From the NCBI GenBank assembly GCA_000320545.1, contig ADNK01000517.1, positions 1-64,000 on the forward strand: 64,000 bases of DNA. Direction: 5' to 3'. Each line of letters starts with the position of its first letter. Positions within the stretch are counted from its first letter, which is position 1. The notes beneath the pieces were generated by a model. The model saw nothing but the letters and a program-made list of their open reading frames with translations, did no database searches and had not been told where the DNA came from. The position numbers and the translations under genes were made by a program. Origin of the DNA: Bigelowiella natans CCMP2755. Taxonomy: Eukaryota; Protista; Cercozoa. This document shows, piece after piece, positions 39,101-50,611 of the stretch.

Positions 39101-41157
39101 TCCCAATCATCAGCTGGGGGGGTCTTGTCCAGTAGCTCCGTTATCTGTCGGATGGTCTTGCCGGGGTTCTTCTTCCGTAGCTCGGTAGGTGTAGGTAGCT
39201 TGTTGTCCGCTAGGTCCATAAACTCTAACGCATTAACGCTTGACTCAGAGGTCCACTCGTCAAGCCGTATCATGTTCTGGCTGATGGTCCTGCCTGACTT
39301 CTTTGGCAACTTAGCAAAGTATATCTTGTGATTGTAGAATGATATGATCCCCCCTAATTTTTCTAGGGCATCCTGTCCGAGGAGTAGTTCCATGGATAAA
39401 GTCATGGCTACTCGGGTCTTGATTTGGGTCTCCGCGTCGCTGCCAGGTATCTGTAGCTTTAGCATTAGCTCACCGACGGTCTTCATGGAAGAGCTTCCGT
39501 CTGCTTGAGCATATTTACGTTCTTTCTTAGTCACTTGATCCAATAGTCCTAACCTTCTTACTGTGCTTAGGCTTATGAAGGACTTCGGCATGCTGCCACT
39601 ATCCCAAAGGGCAGGTAGTTTCTTGTAGTCTCCGTAGCTGTCTTTAACTTTAACCTTGGTCATAGCAACTTTGATAGTCCTGTTAGCGTCTTCGTCATTA
39701 ATGTTGCATACTCCTAAGTTCTTTATGTCGTCTAGGGTCATGGGCTTGTCTTGGTCCTGCGTTGCTGGTACTGCTGTCTTCGTCGGCGCCTGCTTAAGGT
39801 GATCTAATATTCCGTTTATCTGCTGCTGTATAGCATTGATACTGTTCTGCTTTTTGTTCTTATATTTATTGTTCTTCCCGTTGTTGCTGCCTTGCCATTT
39901 GCTGTTGTTATATCCTTGTCCTCTGCCTTTCTTTCTCTTTAACTTCTCGTAGTGTTCGTTGAGCTGCCTGATCGTCATCCTGGGTCGTCCTTCTTTCCTG
40001 TCTCTGCAGTCTTTAGCGGTGTGTTTCCCTTTACGTGAGCAGTATCCGCAACGTCGGTTACCTTCCCTGTCCTTGTACCAGTCTCGCTGCGGCTTAATAG
40101 CGTTAATGTTTCCTATGCCAGGTACCTTAGGGCTGGTAAACTTGCGGTCCTGCTCCTGCTCGCGTAGGGATATAGCCTGCACTGCTGCCTCCATCGTGGT
40201 GTAGCCTTTCTCCGTAACGTAAGTGGATTCCTTTATCTTTAACTTGAACTCTTCAAACCTTGCCTGATCATCACCTGTGTTGTAATTAAAATCATGTAGT
40301 TCGTCGATCATATCCTGGAAGCGCGTGGCAAAGTCTCTAACAGGTTCTCTCTCATGCTGCATCATTGCTCTGTATTTTCTAATAGCCTGGGGTAGGGAGT
40401 TAGCATCCTGTTCATTTACAAAAGCCTTCATTATCGCCTCAACGTCTCGTAGCCCACTAACTGTAGTGTGTATTTTCTCTAGCTGCCTGATCCGGGTCCT
40501 GCCTGTCTCGTAAAGGTCCATGGCTTGCTTTATTATAGCTAGCCATTTGAGCTTGTCGTTTTCGGTGGGGTTAGGGGTAAAGTCGCAGAGTATACTCCTA
40601 GCGTTCTTCCACCACCTCCTTGCCTCACCTCTTTTCCCGTTGTATTTCGTTATCATAACCGGTGCTGTTTTAACAGACATGAACTGGGTGTTCCGCTGTA
40701 CCGGCTGCTGCTGCTTGACGGTGCTCTGGGTCGTCCCCCGCGAGGCGCCCAGACCCCCGTCGTTCCTAAACAAAGCTGCCCACTCTGGAGGTAAGTCTGC
40801 TTCGTAATCCATGATGTCCTGCATGATAGCTGCCCAAACATCATGTGTCTGATACTTGTATTCTATCGATACTTTCAGTTTGGCGTAGTTGCTCGCCCTG
40901 GGTCGCAAGGCTCGTAATGCCATTACGACCTTCTTGCTTTCGGCGGCCACGTCCTCGTCGTCCGCCTCGTAGAAGTTCTCCAGTGCCTCTGCTGCTGCAT
41001 CTGCTTTCTTAATCCCGGGTGCTGGTCCCGGCGGTGCCTGTGGAGGTGTTCCTCCTCCTTCCTTAGCGTCCGTATCGCCCTTCCTTTCCTGTTTCTGCTC
41101 GTGCCCTTGCACGGCCTGCGAGCCAAAGTCCTGCTGTTCTTCTAGCTGCTGTGACAT
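36184..41157 (-). CDS. Gag-Pol polyprotein (1657 aa): Gag, zinc knuckle, aspartic protease, RT, RNase H, integrase, C-terminal extra domain
   Basis: CGYCSRKGKHTAKDC knuckle; ALWDSGS protease; SPWN, SSLD..SY.Q, FPYGL and YVDD (RT); WTDWS, E and TDHKPL (RNase H); AHGPAH...CRC zinc finger; QID, HVDN and SNSKVERLHRTL (DDE integrase). No stops. Confidence 0.96.
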   Translation of the reverse strand: MSQQLEEQQDFGSQAVQGHEQKQERKGDTDAKEGGGTPPQAPPGPAPGIKKADAAAEALENFYEADDEDVAAESKKVVMALRALRPRASNYAKLKVSIEYKYQTHDVWAAIMQDIMDYEADLPPEWAALFRNDGGLGASRGTTQSTVKQQQPVQRNTQFMSVKTAPVMITKYNGKRGEARRWWKNARSILCDFTPNPTENDKLKWLAIIKQAMDLYETGRTRIRQLEKIHTTVSGLRDVEAIMKAFVNEQDANSLPQAIRKYRAMMQHEREPVRDFATRFQDMIDELHDFNYNTGDDQARFEEFKLKIKESTYVTEKGYTTMEAAVQAISLREQEQDRKFTSPKVPGIGNINAIKPQRDWYKDREGNRRCGYCSRKGKHTAKDCRDRKEGRPRMTIRQLNEHYEKLKRKKGRGQGYNNSKWQGSNNGKNNKYKNKKQNSINAIQQQINGILDHLKQAPTKTAVPATQDQDKPMTLDDIKNLGVCNINDEDANRTIKVAMTKVKVKDSYGDYKKLPALWDSGSMPKSFISLSTVRRLGLLDQVTKKERKYAQADGSSSMKTVGELMLKLQIPGSDAETQIKTRVAMTLSMELLLGQDALEKLGGIISFYNHKIYFAKLPKKSGRTISQNMIRLDEWTSESSVNALEFMDLADNKLPTPTELRKKNPGKTIRQITELLDKTPPADDWDIDKGKKYINKILNEKYSDITKPTTKPSSKLTPVKIELKKGYEECIINDPEHRRPEADWEKIEWQINEWAKEGKIEPSNSPWNVRHVLAKKPTYPFFRLAHNFIRHNRVIKRIQTPTPRIDDVIEHVIGYKYYSSLDKNESYMQTPIHKTSRPITAFSSRHRKWHFVVFPYGLSISGDAFSSQNYRAYTHDGMASVLWVFVFVYVDDDIICTNTVVAQIFLLENIFIRFAHFGFTIRLQKCTFLATRIKWCGYYLEQGRITPNPEKVAALQQAPKPKNAKELKSFLQTAAWILRRFSPTYARTAAAFTTAYRKENSVGLSFAKVWAKAGLDAHFDNLIKLCSNTLLNAKLDTTRPATLWTDWSKLGMAAVLTQDQQIIRVWGRACTAAEAKYSPTKGEYKAMTEAQRKLRYYLLSVPSFTLMTDHKPLLGIDRKLEAPNDEYAAMRADTEEFRDKRTVVYAPGDKQLADYFSRLFEKKVPTQVTPMVNAITFEDGDFLPEPEELQHLQEHLDKYKHKHEVLSDRIYVYTNNVRRTYVPRRTRGALLFTAHGPAHVGENHITALLYHYYWPYKLKEIRTYLRGCRCSSLKAAGVATKESSKSRASKKIKARNFLDIVQIDVYKYDGYHYLTFVDVATGKCWVKKIIKVNVAKKNKGLYKQRLTNCYRTWESELQAIPDEVSINKIPKKLHVDNETSLLQLPHPNIDASPVYYAQSNSKVERLHRTLANLSRINSTTPDKIQGLVNDTFTSGGGIKDKEREEGDDNDDDTESEDEKVPYDGRVLKEGQYVRAKVNLRSRNKQDPFWGGVAKVTERKGRKQYYIYDGNRVTLRHISHLKNYDIGEKLLEDVKVNPTVWERAMPCLGPRPKFDVEYGNNKVRVNDDWRMKIVYLGYPGLRNMERVAMKIKDGKYQLLYLAVPDLPFEHWYKVLGDLDAEGWYGHEPKDEGEFWVSDKGDKVREESITWWLVKFRKR

Positions 41158-41172
41158 TGTTAGTCAAATCGT

Positions 41173-41191
41173 TTCCCGTGTGTGGAAGCCA
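41173..41191 (-). other. Primer-binding site of the retrotransposon
   Basis: Minus strand reads TGGCTTCCACACACGGGAA, 5 nt inside the 5' LTR. It is complementary to a tRNA-like 3' end ...TTCCCGTGTGTGGAAGCCA (G discriminator, Asp/Glu-like). The identity of the tRNA was not established. Confidence 0.7.
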
Positions 41192-41196
41192 AAGGT

Positions 41197-41522
41197 TGTT
41201 GCGCGTAAGGTGTTCACAGGCCGAGGCGCTACGTGCACAAGTAGGCAGGGGGGGGGAAAGGCACGTTTGCTTCCTTTTGAAGAGTTGTGTTTATTTTTAT
41301 TAAAGATTATATTTTTATTAAATCGTGCACTGCGTAATCATTCGCGAAGCTTTCGCGAATGCCGCCGCACGTGGGGCAGCACACTTCCGGTGTGCTGCCA
41401 TGAGTCCCGCCGGAACCCACGTGCCTATGCTGTATTAATATCTACGTTATCTATATTCTATATCCGCGACAACCCCTTTGTTGTCGCACGTGACTTGTGC
41501 CCGCGTAGTGGTACGCGCTACA
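41197..41522 (-). repeat. 5' LTR
   Basis: Direct repeat of 35807-36132. Confidence 0.96.
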
Positions 41523-42028
41523 TCTAGCTAGCTAGATCTCCGATTCAATGCGTGCGCCACACTGAACGATGTGCCAATTGCGATGTGCTGCAAGCTTGTT
41601 CTAGAATGTTGCACACACATGCATCTGCTACACACGCAGATGAGTCTGAACCATTCTTGACAGAAATTTGAACTGAAAACTTCCCATTTTCCCCCCCTTG
41701 TTCATCAGAGTCTTGTTATTAAGTAGCGACATAGACCAGCCTATCGCCAGACACAGTAACAGATGGGATTTTTCATCTCCGTGAGAAAAACGGGTAGTAA
41801 CGGTATTTGGAGTGGACAAATACGGGTAGTGACGGGAGTAGTAATCCTTTCAATTTTTAACGTTCCACACATAATGATCGATCCCCCTCTCCTTGGACTA
41901 CCACACCAGCTGCCTGATTAGGTGGCGGCAAGTCATCCTTCATCTCACTTCGTAGTCCACAGTCTGGATTAAAGCAAATATCTACCGAAGGATACCTCCA
42001 AGACCTTATTGGGACATTATAGCGAAAC

Positions 42029-42285
42029 ATGCAAACACTAGAGAGCCTCCTCTCCCTACCGGGTCGAAACTCACATCCTTCTATTATTTCAAGATCCAAA
42101 TATGTGCCTACGTTCACAAAATTTACATCTTCATTGGGTTTTAAAATATATTTCAACCTGATATCAGAGCCGAAGCAACTTGACCTTGACAAGGACTTCC
42201 ATCAGAGAACACAAATCCAAACTGACATTAAAGTAACTAAGCCTGCCATGGAGCGTGCCATGGGTGGAGAGCGCGTGCATACACA

Positions 42286-42373
<88 letters not shown>

Positions 42374-45300
42374 CAATCCCTCACTGACTCACCGACGTAT
42401 AAATACATACCATACAACAGAAACTGGTAGAACAGACTGAAGAGGATATCCACTCAACCAGCTACTTGTCCACGGAACGGGAACAACTACGCCGGCAAAT
42501 AGCCGCTCAGAAGAATCGAAACCAAATTACAGAGGAAAAGTTGCAGGTATTAACCTTGCTGTATGGAATAATATGAAGAATTTATAGTATACTGACAACC
42601 TACGACATACGGAAAACACACACACACACACAATAGAGCCTCAGACGAAGGGACCAGGAAACAGGGCGGCAGCTGACTGCGTTCCAGGTCGCTGATGATG
42701 ACCTGGAGAAGAAGATATCTACATTGAATCAAAAGATGGAGATAAGAAGAAATGACTATAGAAAAATTGCAACGGAACTGCAGCAATATCAGAGAATATT
42801 TGATATATCACCTCGCTCATCGCTTTCATCACCACGATCGAAGCAACGTGATGGAAATAAGTTGGCGCATGACGGAAAGGAGTTGAGCGATACAAAGAAC
42901 GGAGAACAAGAGGGTGATGGGGCAGAAGACAGGAGCTGGAACAGCATACAAACGTATTTCAAAAGTGCTTGTGAGAAGGTTGAACTCCTGCACCATAAAC
43001 AACAGTTGGCGAAACTTATGGCTTCTCGGCCCCTTTCTCTGTCCGAGAGGATGTTCCTCAAGGAGTTGTCTGTGTTCCAGAAGAAAACAGAGGTTGGTTG
43101 TTGGGGTTATTGTCGTAGTGGTGGTGGTGGTGGTGGAGCGGCGACGGTGTTGATATTTTCCGAGTTCGCATAGTGGGGAAAGATATCGTCTCTCCTTTGA
43201 GTATCGTGTTTCTTGAGGAAGGTCGTATATGAAAGCAACTGTCACCACCTTTCTTATCAAGCGTACTGGTTCTTATTATTACTTCATAGGTGGACCAGAA
43301 GGCTGTCATATGGAATCAGAGAAGGTGCGCTGCAGTAATGACGCGCCTTGCCAAGATTCACGAAGAGAAGATAAATCAGCTCCAAGAGGTAGAGAGCAGT
43401 AAGGTGTTTGGCATCATCGATTGCATACGACAGAAGAAGATGCGTATGGGCCATTGGCCGACGACCAAGAAACCAAGCTGCGAGTCAGTTTCTTCCTCTT
43501 CTCCTTCCTCCCTGTCACCGTTCCTGGTGAATCTCTATTATAACTTCTTCGGTAAATACTGGGAGGTTCGCACGAGGCTGTCGCAGAAGCAAGCACATGC
43601 GAGGATGTTCGTACGATGGCGATCTTTAACTTTCCGGCGGCGCAAACTAAGATCCACATGTAGAGGGTGTGTTGCTCTGCGTGATAGGTTGTTGGCCTCC
43701 ACGAGCCTACGAAAATGGCGAAGGAAGTCTTACGAGCACAAGAAGCGGAGGATGCATGTCTTCAGCGAAGATATTCGGGCACAGATTCGAGAAACTCAGG
43801 TATGTGTTGTTTTTGACATCTGCTGCTGCGTTCAAAGTAGTAATAATGATATCAATTTTGTTTTTTTGTAAGTTAAATATTCTAGTAGTCGTTGTTTCTC
43901 GATGCTGCGATCCGAACTGACTTTCAGGCTGTTTCTACGACAACGACAGACCCCTTCTCCCTTCATCCCTTGTAAACCTGTTACTTCTTCCTTTTGTGTT
44001 CAGGAGAAGACGGAACGTGTTAGACGAGGGAACAGCGCACTGGCTGAGACTCGAAGAAGGAAATTGAGGACCATCGGGCTACGAATATGCGCGGACTTTC
44101 TCCAAACCGTGCGTAGAAAGAAGCTTACCGTCGCCCTTCTCCAGTGGAAGCAACTCAAAAGCACTCAGCTCATGGAAGAAGTAGCCTGTGAAACAAGGCA
44201 TTTTGCTGCCAGCTACCAGGCGGACATCTCCCTCGCGCAGAAGTTCGCAAGCCTGACAATCACGACCATGCAACACTATTCTCTTCAACGAGCGGGGATC
44301 AAGGCTTACTACCGCTGGTTGGGCGCATATCGAACCATAGCAGCAGCCAGACAGTCTGCTTCACGAGCTAAGAGGCACCACCGCCGTGCGCTCCTCCAAA
44401 GCTCCATTACTTCCTGGAGGCGAGCGGCCGTGAAAATCGACACGCTGCGGCTACGCATGCAAGTGTGTCGCAAGATGAACGAGGAGAGGCTCCTACGCTG
44501 CACCTTCTCGAGCAATTGGAAAATCTTAACGGAGAGACGGAAGCGAGCCAGATACCTCCTGCAGAAATACATGATATCAAGAAAGTCGCGTAGATTATGT
44601 AGAACTGCATTGTCAGTTTGGCAACGTTACGCAGATAGCTCACACATATCAACAACAATGGCAAAATCTAACCAAAGACAAGACGGCCTCCGCCAACCTA
44701 GTAACCAGGAGGGTAAAACCACCCGAATACTACTAACATCTCGTATGGAAAGTCATAGTGATAACCAAATATCCACCCCAGATCACGGGCGTGATCCTTC
44801 CTATTCCCCTCTTGCACCATCTGCCTCTAATAGCAGCATCAAAAATATTATGGAGGCGGAGACTACGAAGATTAGGGCAAAAATCAGTCAATTATCCTTC
44901 GGGATGGCCCAAATGAGGATTGCGGAAAGGAAGCGGTTTCTCGCGAAGAGAGTGCGCCTCTACTCGGAAAAGAGCCTATTACTCCACAGTTTTTCAGTAT
45001 GGAGAGGACACCACACTAAGAGACGAACACTCCGTATCGTGATGTGTAAGCGGGTGGCGAGGATGAAACGAAATACGTTATTTCGCTGGGGCATTTGCTC
45101 CGCCTCCCGAGCATATGAAAAGGCCGAAGCTGAACGCAAGGCCTCCCTGCAAGCTCTTCAAAGGCGTCTGCGTGAAGCAAAGGAAAAGAGCAAACGGCTA
45201 GGAGAATGTTTGGCGATGATGAGGCACGAACCGCATGCCGAATGCCTAGAGCAAGAAGTTCTCCTCAATGCAGACCTCAAAGCCAAATCAGAACAAAACC

Positions 45301-45488
45301 TTGCTCTGGAGCAGAAGTTAAGGGTTCTGAAAGCTGAGAACATGAAGATGGCGAGTTCTTTGGAGAACACCAGGCGAGAAGGGCGGTTTTTGCAAAGGAA
45401 ACTCGGCGTTTCAAAGCTGAGACGCTCTGGTGAAAAAATTACTTCAGTGTTCAGCTCAAAGATTAAGGATCTCATGTACCGCTCGTGA
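42029..45488 (+). CDS. Coiled-coil protein with Sfi1-like (centrin-binding-type) W repeats; 5' end uncertain
   Basis: Recurrent basic helical units ending in L/F-x-x-W-R/K: ARMFVRWRS, STSLRKWRR, VALLQWKQ, KAYYRWLG, LLQSSITSWRR, LCRTALSVWQR, LLLHSFSVWRG. Flanked by coiled-coil exons. Confidence 0.6.
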
Positions 45489-45656
45489 TCTGAACGTGCA
45501 GGTCTTCAAGCAGATGCGCATCTTTTGCGGTGCGACACACTGCGCGTGCCGCACGACATCGACAACAGGGCATGGATGCTTTTGAATGCATGAAACACAC
45601 AATGGACATCGTAGCGGAGACCAACAGATTCAACATTAGTGCTGTGGCCGTTGCAT

Positions 45657-45975
45657 ATTGCACAGCTACATGAGGATGACCATTGAACAAATTTGATTAT
45701 TGATTCATCACATCCGTCTTACAAATGGGCGAGACATGTACAGATGCAACCGCGCTGCAGCCGCTGCTTGGCACAGCATTGCATGCATTGCATAGGATGA
45801 CCATTGAAAAGATGCAATCACTTCATCACATGCATTGCACCCGTCTCATGCACACATACGTTCATGGTATCCGCTGCAACAACACGCACGCTGACATGTG
45901 AGACGGATGTCATGAATTGATCAAATCTTTCCAATTGTAATGGTCATCCCAATCCATACCAATGTAGCTGTGCAA
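45657..45975. repeat. Three copies (two direct, one inverted) of the same ~60-bp motif
   Basis: ttgcacagctacatgaggatgaccattgaa...catccgtcttaca; gcataggatgaccattgaaaagatgcaatcacttcatc...cccgtctca; and inverted tgtgagacggatgtcatgaatt...aatggtcatcc...atgtagctgtgcaa. Confidence 0.65.
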
Positions 45976-46710
45976 AGCTGCTGCGGCTACATGCATGCTA
46001 GCATGCAGCGCTCATGTTGTGTCATGTGCATGAGGCTGCTAGCACGCTGCTGTATATAGCACGGGCAATGCGGCAACTTTGAAAATCGTGCTTCGCGCGC
46101 GGCGATCCATGCGCCCTCCGATCCCGGCCCTAGCTAGTTAGTAGACTGCTACACAACGTCAGGCGGCAGCCATCACATGCTAGCATCATGGTCTACATAG
46201 ATGAAATTGTTTTGTGCACTGCCTACGAATCCCGCTAGCATAATTAGCCAGCTAGCAGCAGCCCGCAGCGACTGGTGATGTGCATCACATATATCATGAC
46301 GTAGTGCCACCACTGCCACCACACGCACGAGGCCTCCCACGTACTATCATTGCTTCCACCGCCAGATATTGAGTATGCTAAGCTAGAAATAAACCACGTT
46401 GGAATATTATTTGATGAATAACAATAATTCTCATTTAGCAGCAGAATTAAACAGGCCTCTTCGCTCCGGATTCGAAGAAAACATTATGTTATGGTGATTT
46501 ATTGTGCTCGGATCCGCGTTAGGCGAGGTTGTTTGGAGGACAGAATATAAAATGAGGTATCCAATGTACTTTACACTAATTTCCTCAACACTCTCAAGAA
46601 GAACCCTCTTCGCCCTTTGTAGCACCTAAATTATATGCCCTTTGCATTAGGATTTTCCCCTGATTTTTCAGAAAACGCGTCGAGCAACAATTTGCCACAT
46701 TCTAGCCATT

Positions 46711-48062
46711 CTATGACAAGCATGCTGGGGTGTTGCGAAATCTCTGCGAACGATTTCCTATCACTACTACGAACAGGTCTAGTACTGCTAGTCTTCTTTT
46801 GCTCCTACCTTCTCCTTCTCCTCCTGCTTTAGTTTTCTCGTCCACGTCATCTTTCTGCGCATCCTGCTCCCCAACTTCCTTCCCTTCTTCCTGCTTTGCC
46901 ATTTGGTTCTCACCTTTCTTTTCCGCTTCTCCTCCCTTTGACGATTTCTTCTTGTCGCCATCACCGTCGTTGCTTTTATCGTTGTCACTATCTCTGCCTT
47001 CGTCCGAAGAGTCTCCCTTCTAAGGAATATAAGGAAGCACCATGCGCTTTATATCAAACAAGCTTGTTCATTGCCTATACACTCCTTCTCAATAACATTT
47101 TCTCTGTGGAACGGACGGACCTTGCTCTTTTCTTCCTTCTCCTTTTTCTTCTTAGATGATTTTTTCTTGGATTTCTTCCTCTTTCTATCCCTGCTTGGTG
47201 ATCGACTCGATGATGACCTAGCGCTCCGGCTGCTGCTTCGACTCCTGCTGCGGCTGGAGCTTCTGGAACGACTGCTTTGTTCGGAGGAAATAATAGAAAC
47301 ATCCGTTATCCCCATACATACACCACTCGATTTTAGGTTCTCCTTTCAAAACGGGGGGAGTGTGGAGAAGCAGTGTCACTAACCTATAGTTCCGCCTACT
47401 TCTTCCGGAATAGCGATCCCTGTGTTACAGAAAAAACAGCATATCAATATGTGCTCACCATTATCATCATCATCATCGTTCTCTCACCGGTAATACATAA
47501 TATACGTAGAAATTGATAAACAATGAAGTTGGATGTGGTTTCCTATCAAGAAAAACCTCCGGCTGCTTGTGTTATCTCGCCCGCCCCTAGAAAAACAGAG
47601 TCGAATGACCATCATCATCGTGTCAAATTTGGTGCGGCAGAATATTCTAATTGAGGAGGGAGGGGAATTGCTATGCGAACGTGTTGCTGCTTACACACCG
47701 GCGCCCTCTGTCTACTTTGGCCCATTCCACGGATATACGATTGCCATCCAGCTTCGTGCCATCCATCTCATCCTTCGCATACTCTGCGTCTTCGGAGCGA
47801 TCGTATTCCTGCGCTCGTTTAAGAGCAGATTTCCAGATTAATGAGGACGAGGGAGATGATGAAACTGGAGTGGTTCTACAAAAGAAGTTCCTCTCACATT
47901 CTCTCTCTCTAAACGCAGCAGAGCTTGACTTACAATAAACGCGAATCCATCCTTGATCTGTAGGTCACAGATACGGCCAAACTCGCGAAACGTGTCCTCC
48001 AGGTCACGGGCAGAGGTGCGCCGATATAGGTTGCCGATGTAAAGTCGGTAGAGTCGAGGCAT
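46711..48062 (-). CDS. SR-type splicing factor (N-terminal RRM, RS and K/E-rich tail)
   Basis: RLYIGNL (RNP2), DLEDTFREFGRI, KDGFAFI/EY (RNP1), DAEYAKDEMDGTKLDGNRISVEWAK and an SRSRSSSRSRSRS tract. The 3' end may extend by one more exon to ~46631. Confidence 0.85.
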
Positions 48063-48455
48063 CCTTCGGATAGGAATGCGTCAGGAGTTCGTGTTCGCCG
48101 CTACTAGCTTCCTTGCTTCTTGCTCTTTGAGACTCCCGCGCGCTGGAGATCGATGGAGGAAAGGTGCGACTGCGCGGCGCTGAGGGATAAAATAAGTGCG
48201 TGAAAACCGACTGGGCCCAAACAATATTAGAAAATATTTCATGCGGAATATATCTTACACTGCCATCCTCCTATAATCATATCAGACTCGTGAAGCAGAC
48301 ATTGGATTGTTGAGGGAACTGTTGGATTTCGATAGGACATCTTAGGCCTAATAATTTGCCATATGATCGGAAGCTGTGCGTGTTCTTTTAGTACAAATAT
48401 CATCGATAGAACTTCCTAATACGCCATCTCACCTAGTTCCGGCCGACCGAACCCA
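48063..48455. promoter_or_regulatory. Probable bidirectional promoter (SR protein / 14-3-3)
   Basis: About 390 bp between divergent start codons. Similar short divergent spacers at 32780-33189 and 57245-57654. Confidence 0.5.
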
Positions 48456-48737
48456 ATGGAGCCCTCAGCTCTGGTCACGAAGGCTAAGCTCGCGGAGCTT
48501 GCCCATCGATACTCAGGTAGATCGCATTTTAAGAACGTAGGGAATGTACGTTAGAGAAGAAACTACATCGAATGAATGAACTTTATCCATGGCTTTCCCC
48601 TCTTCCACCCACAATCTTACGTTTCTGAAGATATGATGGACTTGATGATACGGGTTGCGGAGAAAAAGACGACAGAATTCAGCGTCGAGGTGAGCTGTTA
48701 TACTTTGTTGATACTACAAGGCTTCTCTTGATCAGTG

Positions 48738-48777
<40 letters not shown>

Positions 48778-49014
48778 CATAATCAGGAGAGGAATCTCCT
48801 TGGCATTGCTTGCAAGAATGTGCTGTCAGCCCGAAGGTTTTGTGATTTTGGCACATTTTCTTTCTTCCCCTCTCAGCGTCTCTAATACTTCAGGGTCTCG
48901 TGGCGCATTCTAATGCTTAAAGAGACGAATTTGCTATCGGTTATTGCCGCCTAATTGCTTGTCTAACTCCACAACATTTAGTGGCAGGAGATATCAGATA
49001 AAACTAGTTGCGTA

Positions 49015-49053
<39 letters not shown>

Positions 49054-49936
49054 CGTTTTATTACTTGGTGACGAAATAGCAAAGCATGCACACTGCGAAG
49101 CCACCGCCGCAGAAGGCCGTTAGCTCAGCCCAGCAGAGGGATGGAAAGGATGTAAAGCATAGCGAGCAGCAAACGGATAGAAAGACACAAATAGACCAGC
49201 TCAAGAGCGTTGCTAGATGCTGCCGACAATACCGTTTGGAGGTGGAGAAAGAGATCTCCCAAATCTCCGATCGAATCATCTCAATAATCACCGCACACCT
49301 TCTACCGAAGCTGCACCCCGGAATAGGCGAGCTTGTAAAGCTGGTAGTCGGCACAACATCACCCACACACCACGCACATATGCACTCGCATACGTGCGCA
49401 TAGGCTATCTCTGATAACATGGGCAGGTATAGATCAAAACTGTAATTCTCCTAACCTATTATGTGTCTTCACGAAGTTTGAAGTAAATGCACGGAAACGG
49501 TACAAGAGCAGCGTAAAAGGTATACTACTACTACTACTACTACACTACTACTTCTGCAACGACCTATTTCTCCTTCTATTATTGCATGTTAGTCCTTGAT
49601 TTTGCCGCCTGGTATTACTTTTACTGCGTGAGCAGATCTCGAGGACGAGCTCAAGAACCTCCTTCAAAACAAGGCGGTCAGCAGCCAAGATACTACACAA
49701 TATGATAATGATGATGATGATGATGGCTAGTGTGATGATGAGGCGATTGCGGAGCTGCTGTAGATGTTTGTAGCGGAGCAATGACAACAACCTTTAGTTG
49801 CAATTAGTTGATGTGGAGGAAATAATTATTTTCTCCTTCCTCTCTCTTTAGGGAGGCGAGATAATACTTAGATTCCTCAACCCGGAGAGCATCACCTTCT
49901 TCTTCAAAATGATGGTCGAAGGCTTCATATATATAC

Positions 49937-49979
<43 letters not shown>

Positions 49980-50277
49980 TTTCACAAACCAATTCATCCA
50001 ATTGATCATCGCAAGCTGTATGTTGCATGCTGTTCTTGCTTCCTCCTGGTCTCGGTCCTTCCTCATTATTATCATCATCATTTCACAGGGCGACATCTAT
50101 AGATATCTAGCAGAAACAGCCTGCACCTTTCGCTCTAGAACGACATACAGCGAAGGTGCGTTTGTTCCCTGCCTCGTCAGCACCATCATCGTCAATGCAT
50201 TATTCCATGCAGGAGAAGCTGTGGGTGGCAGTGTGGACTCTAGCTTGGCCCTTGCTTTTTACTACCTGGCGTCAGAG

Positions 50278-50308
<31 letters not shown>

Positions 50309-50580
50309 CAGTAGTAAAAGCAGCTGCTCTCTCACATCTTGATCTATTGTATTCGGACGATATTATGTGGAAGAAGAAGAAGAAGAAGTGGGTTGATGTT
50401 CTTCTTGAAGGGCAGGAGGTGCATTTATCCTCAGGGTAGTGTCGTACATTGCACGAATGAACATGTCTACGACATGGTTAGGTAGCTAAAGCGCACTTAG
50501 CGCCCAGCGATCCAATACGCCTTGGACTCGCACTCAATTTCTCAGTCTTCTATCACCAGGTAGTCCCTGTTAATAATTAC

Positions 50581-50611
<31 letters not shown>

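Larger units (their letters stand above)
35807..41522 (-). mobile_element. Full-length Ty3/Gypsy LTR retrotransposon
   Basis: Two 326-bp TG...CA LTRs (35807-36132, 41197-41522) that read as identical. 4-bp TSD TCTA (35803-35806 and 41523-41526). PBS next to the 5' LTR, PPT next to the 3' LTR, and one gag-pol ORF in PR-RT-RH-IN order. Confidence 0.97.
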
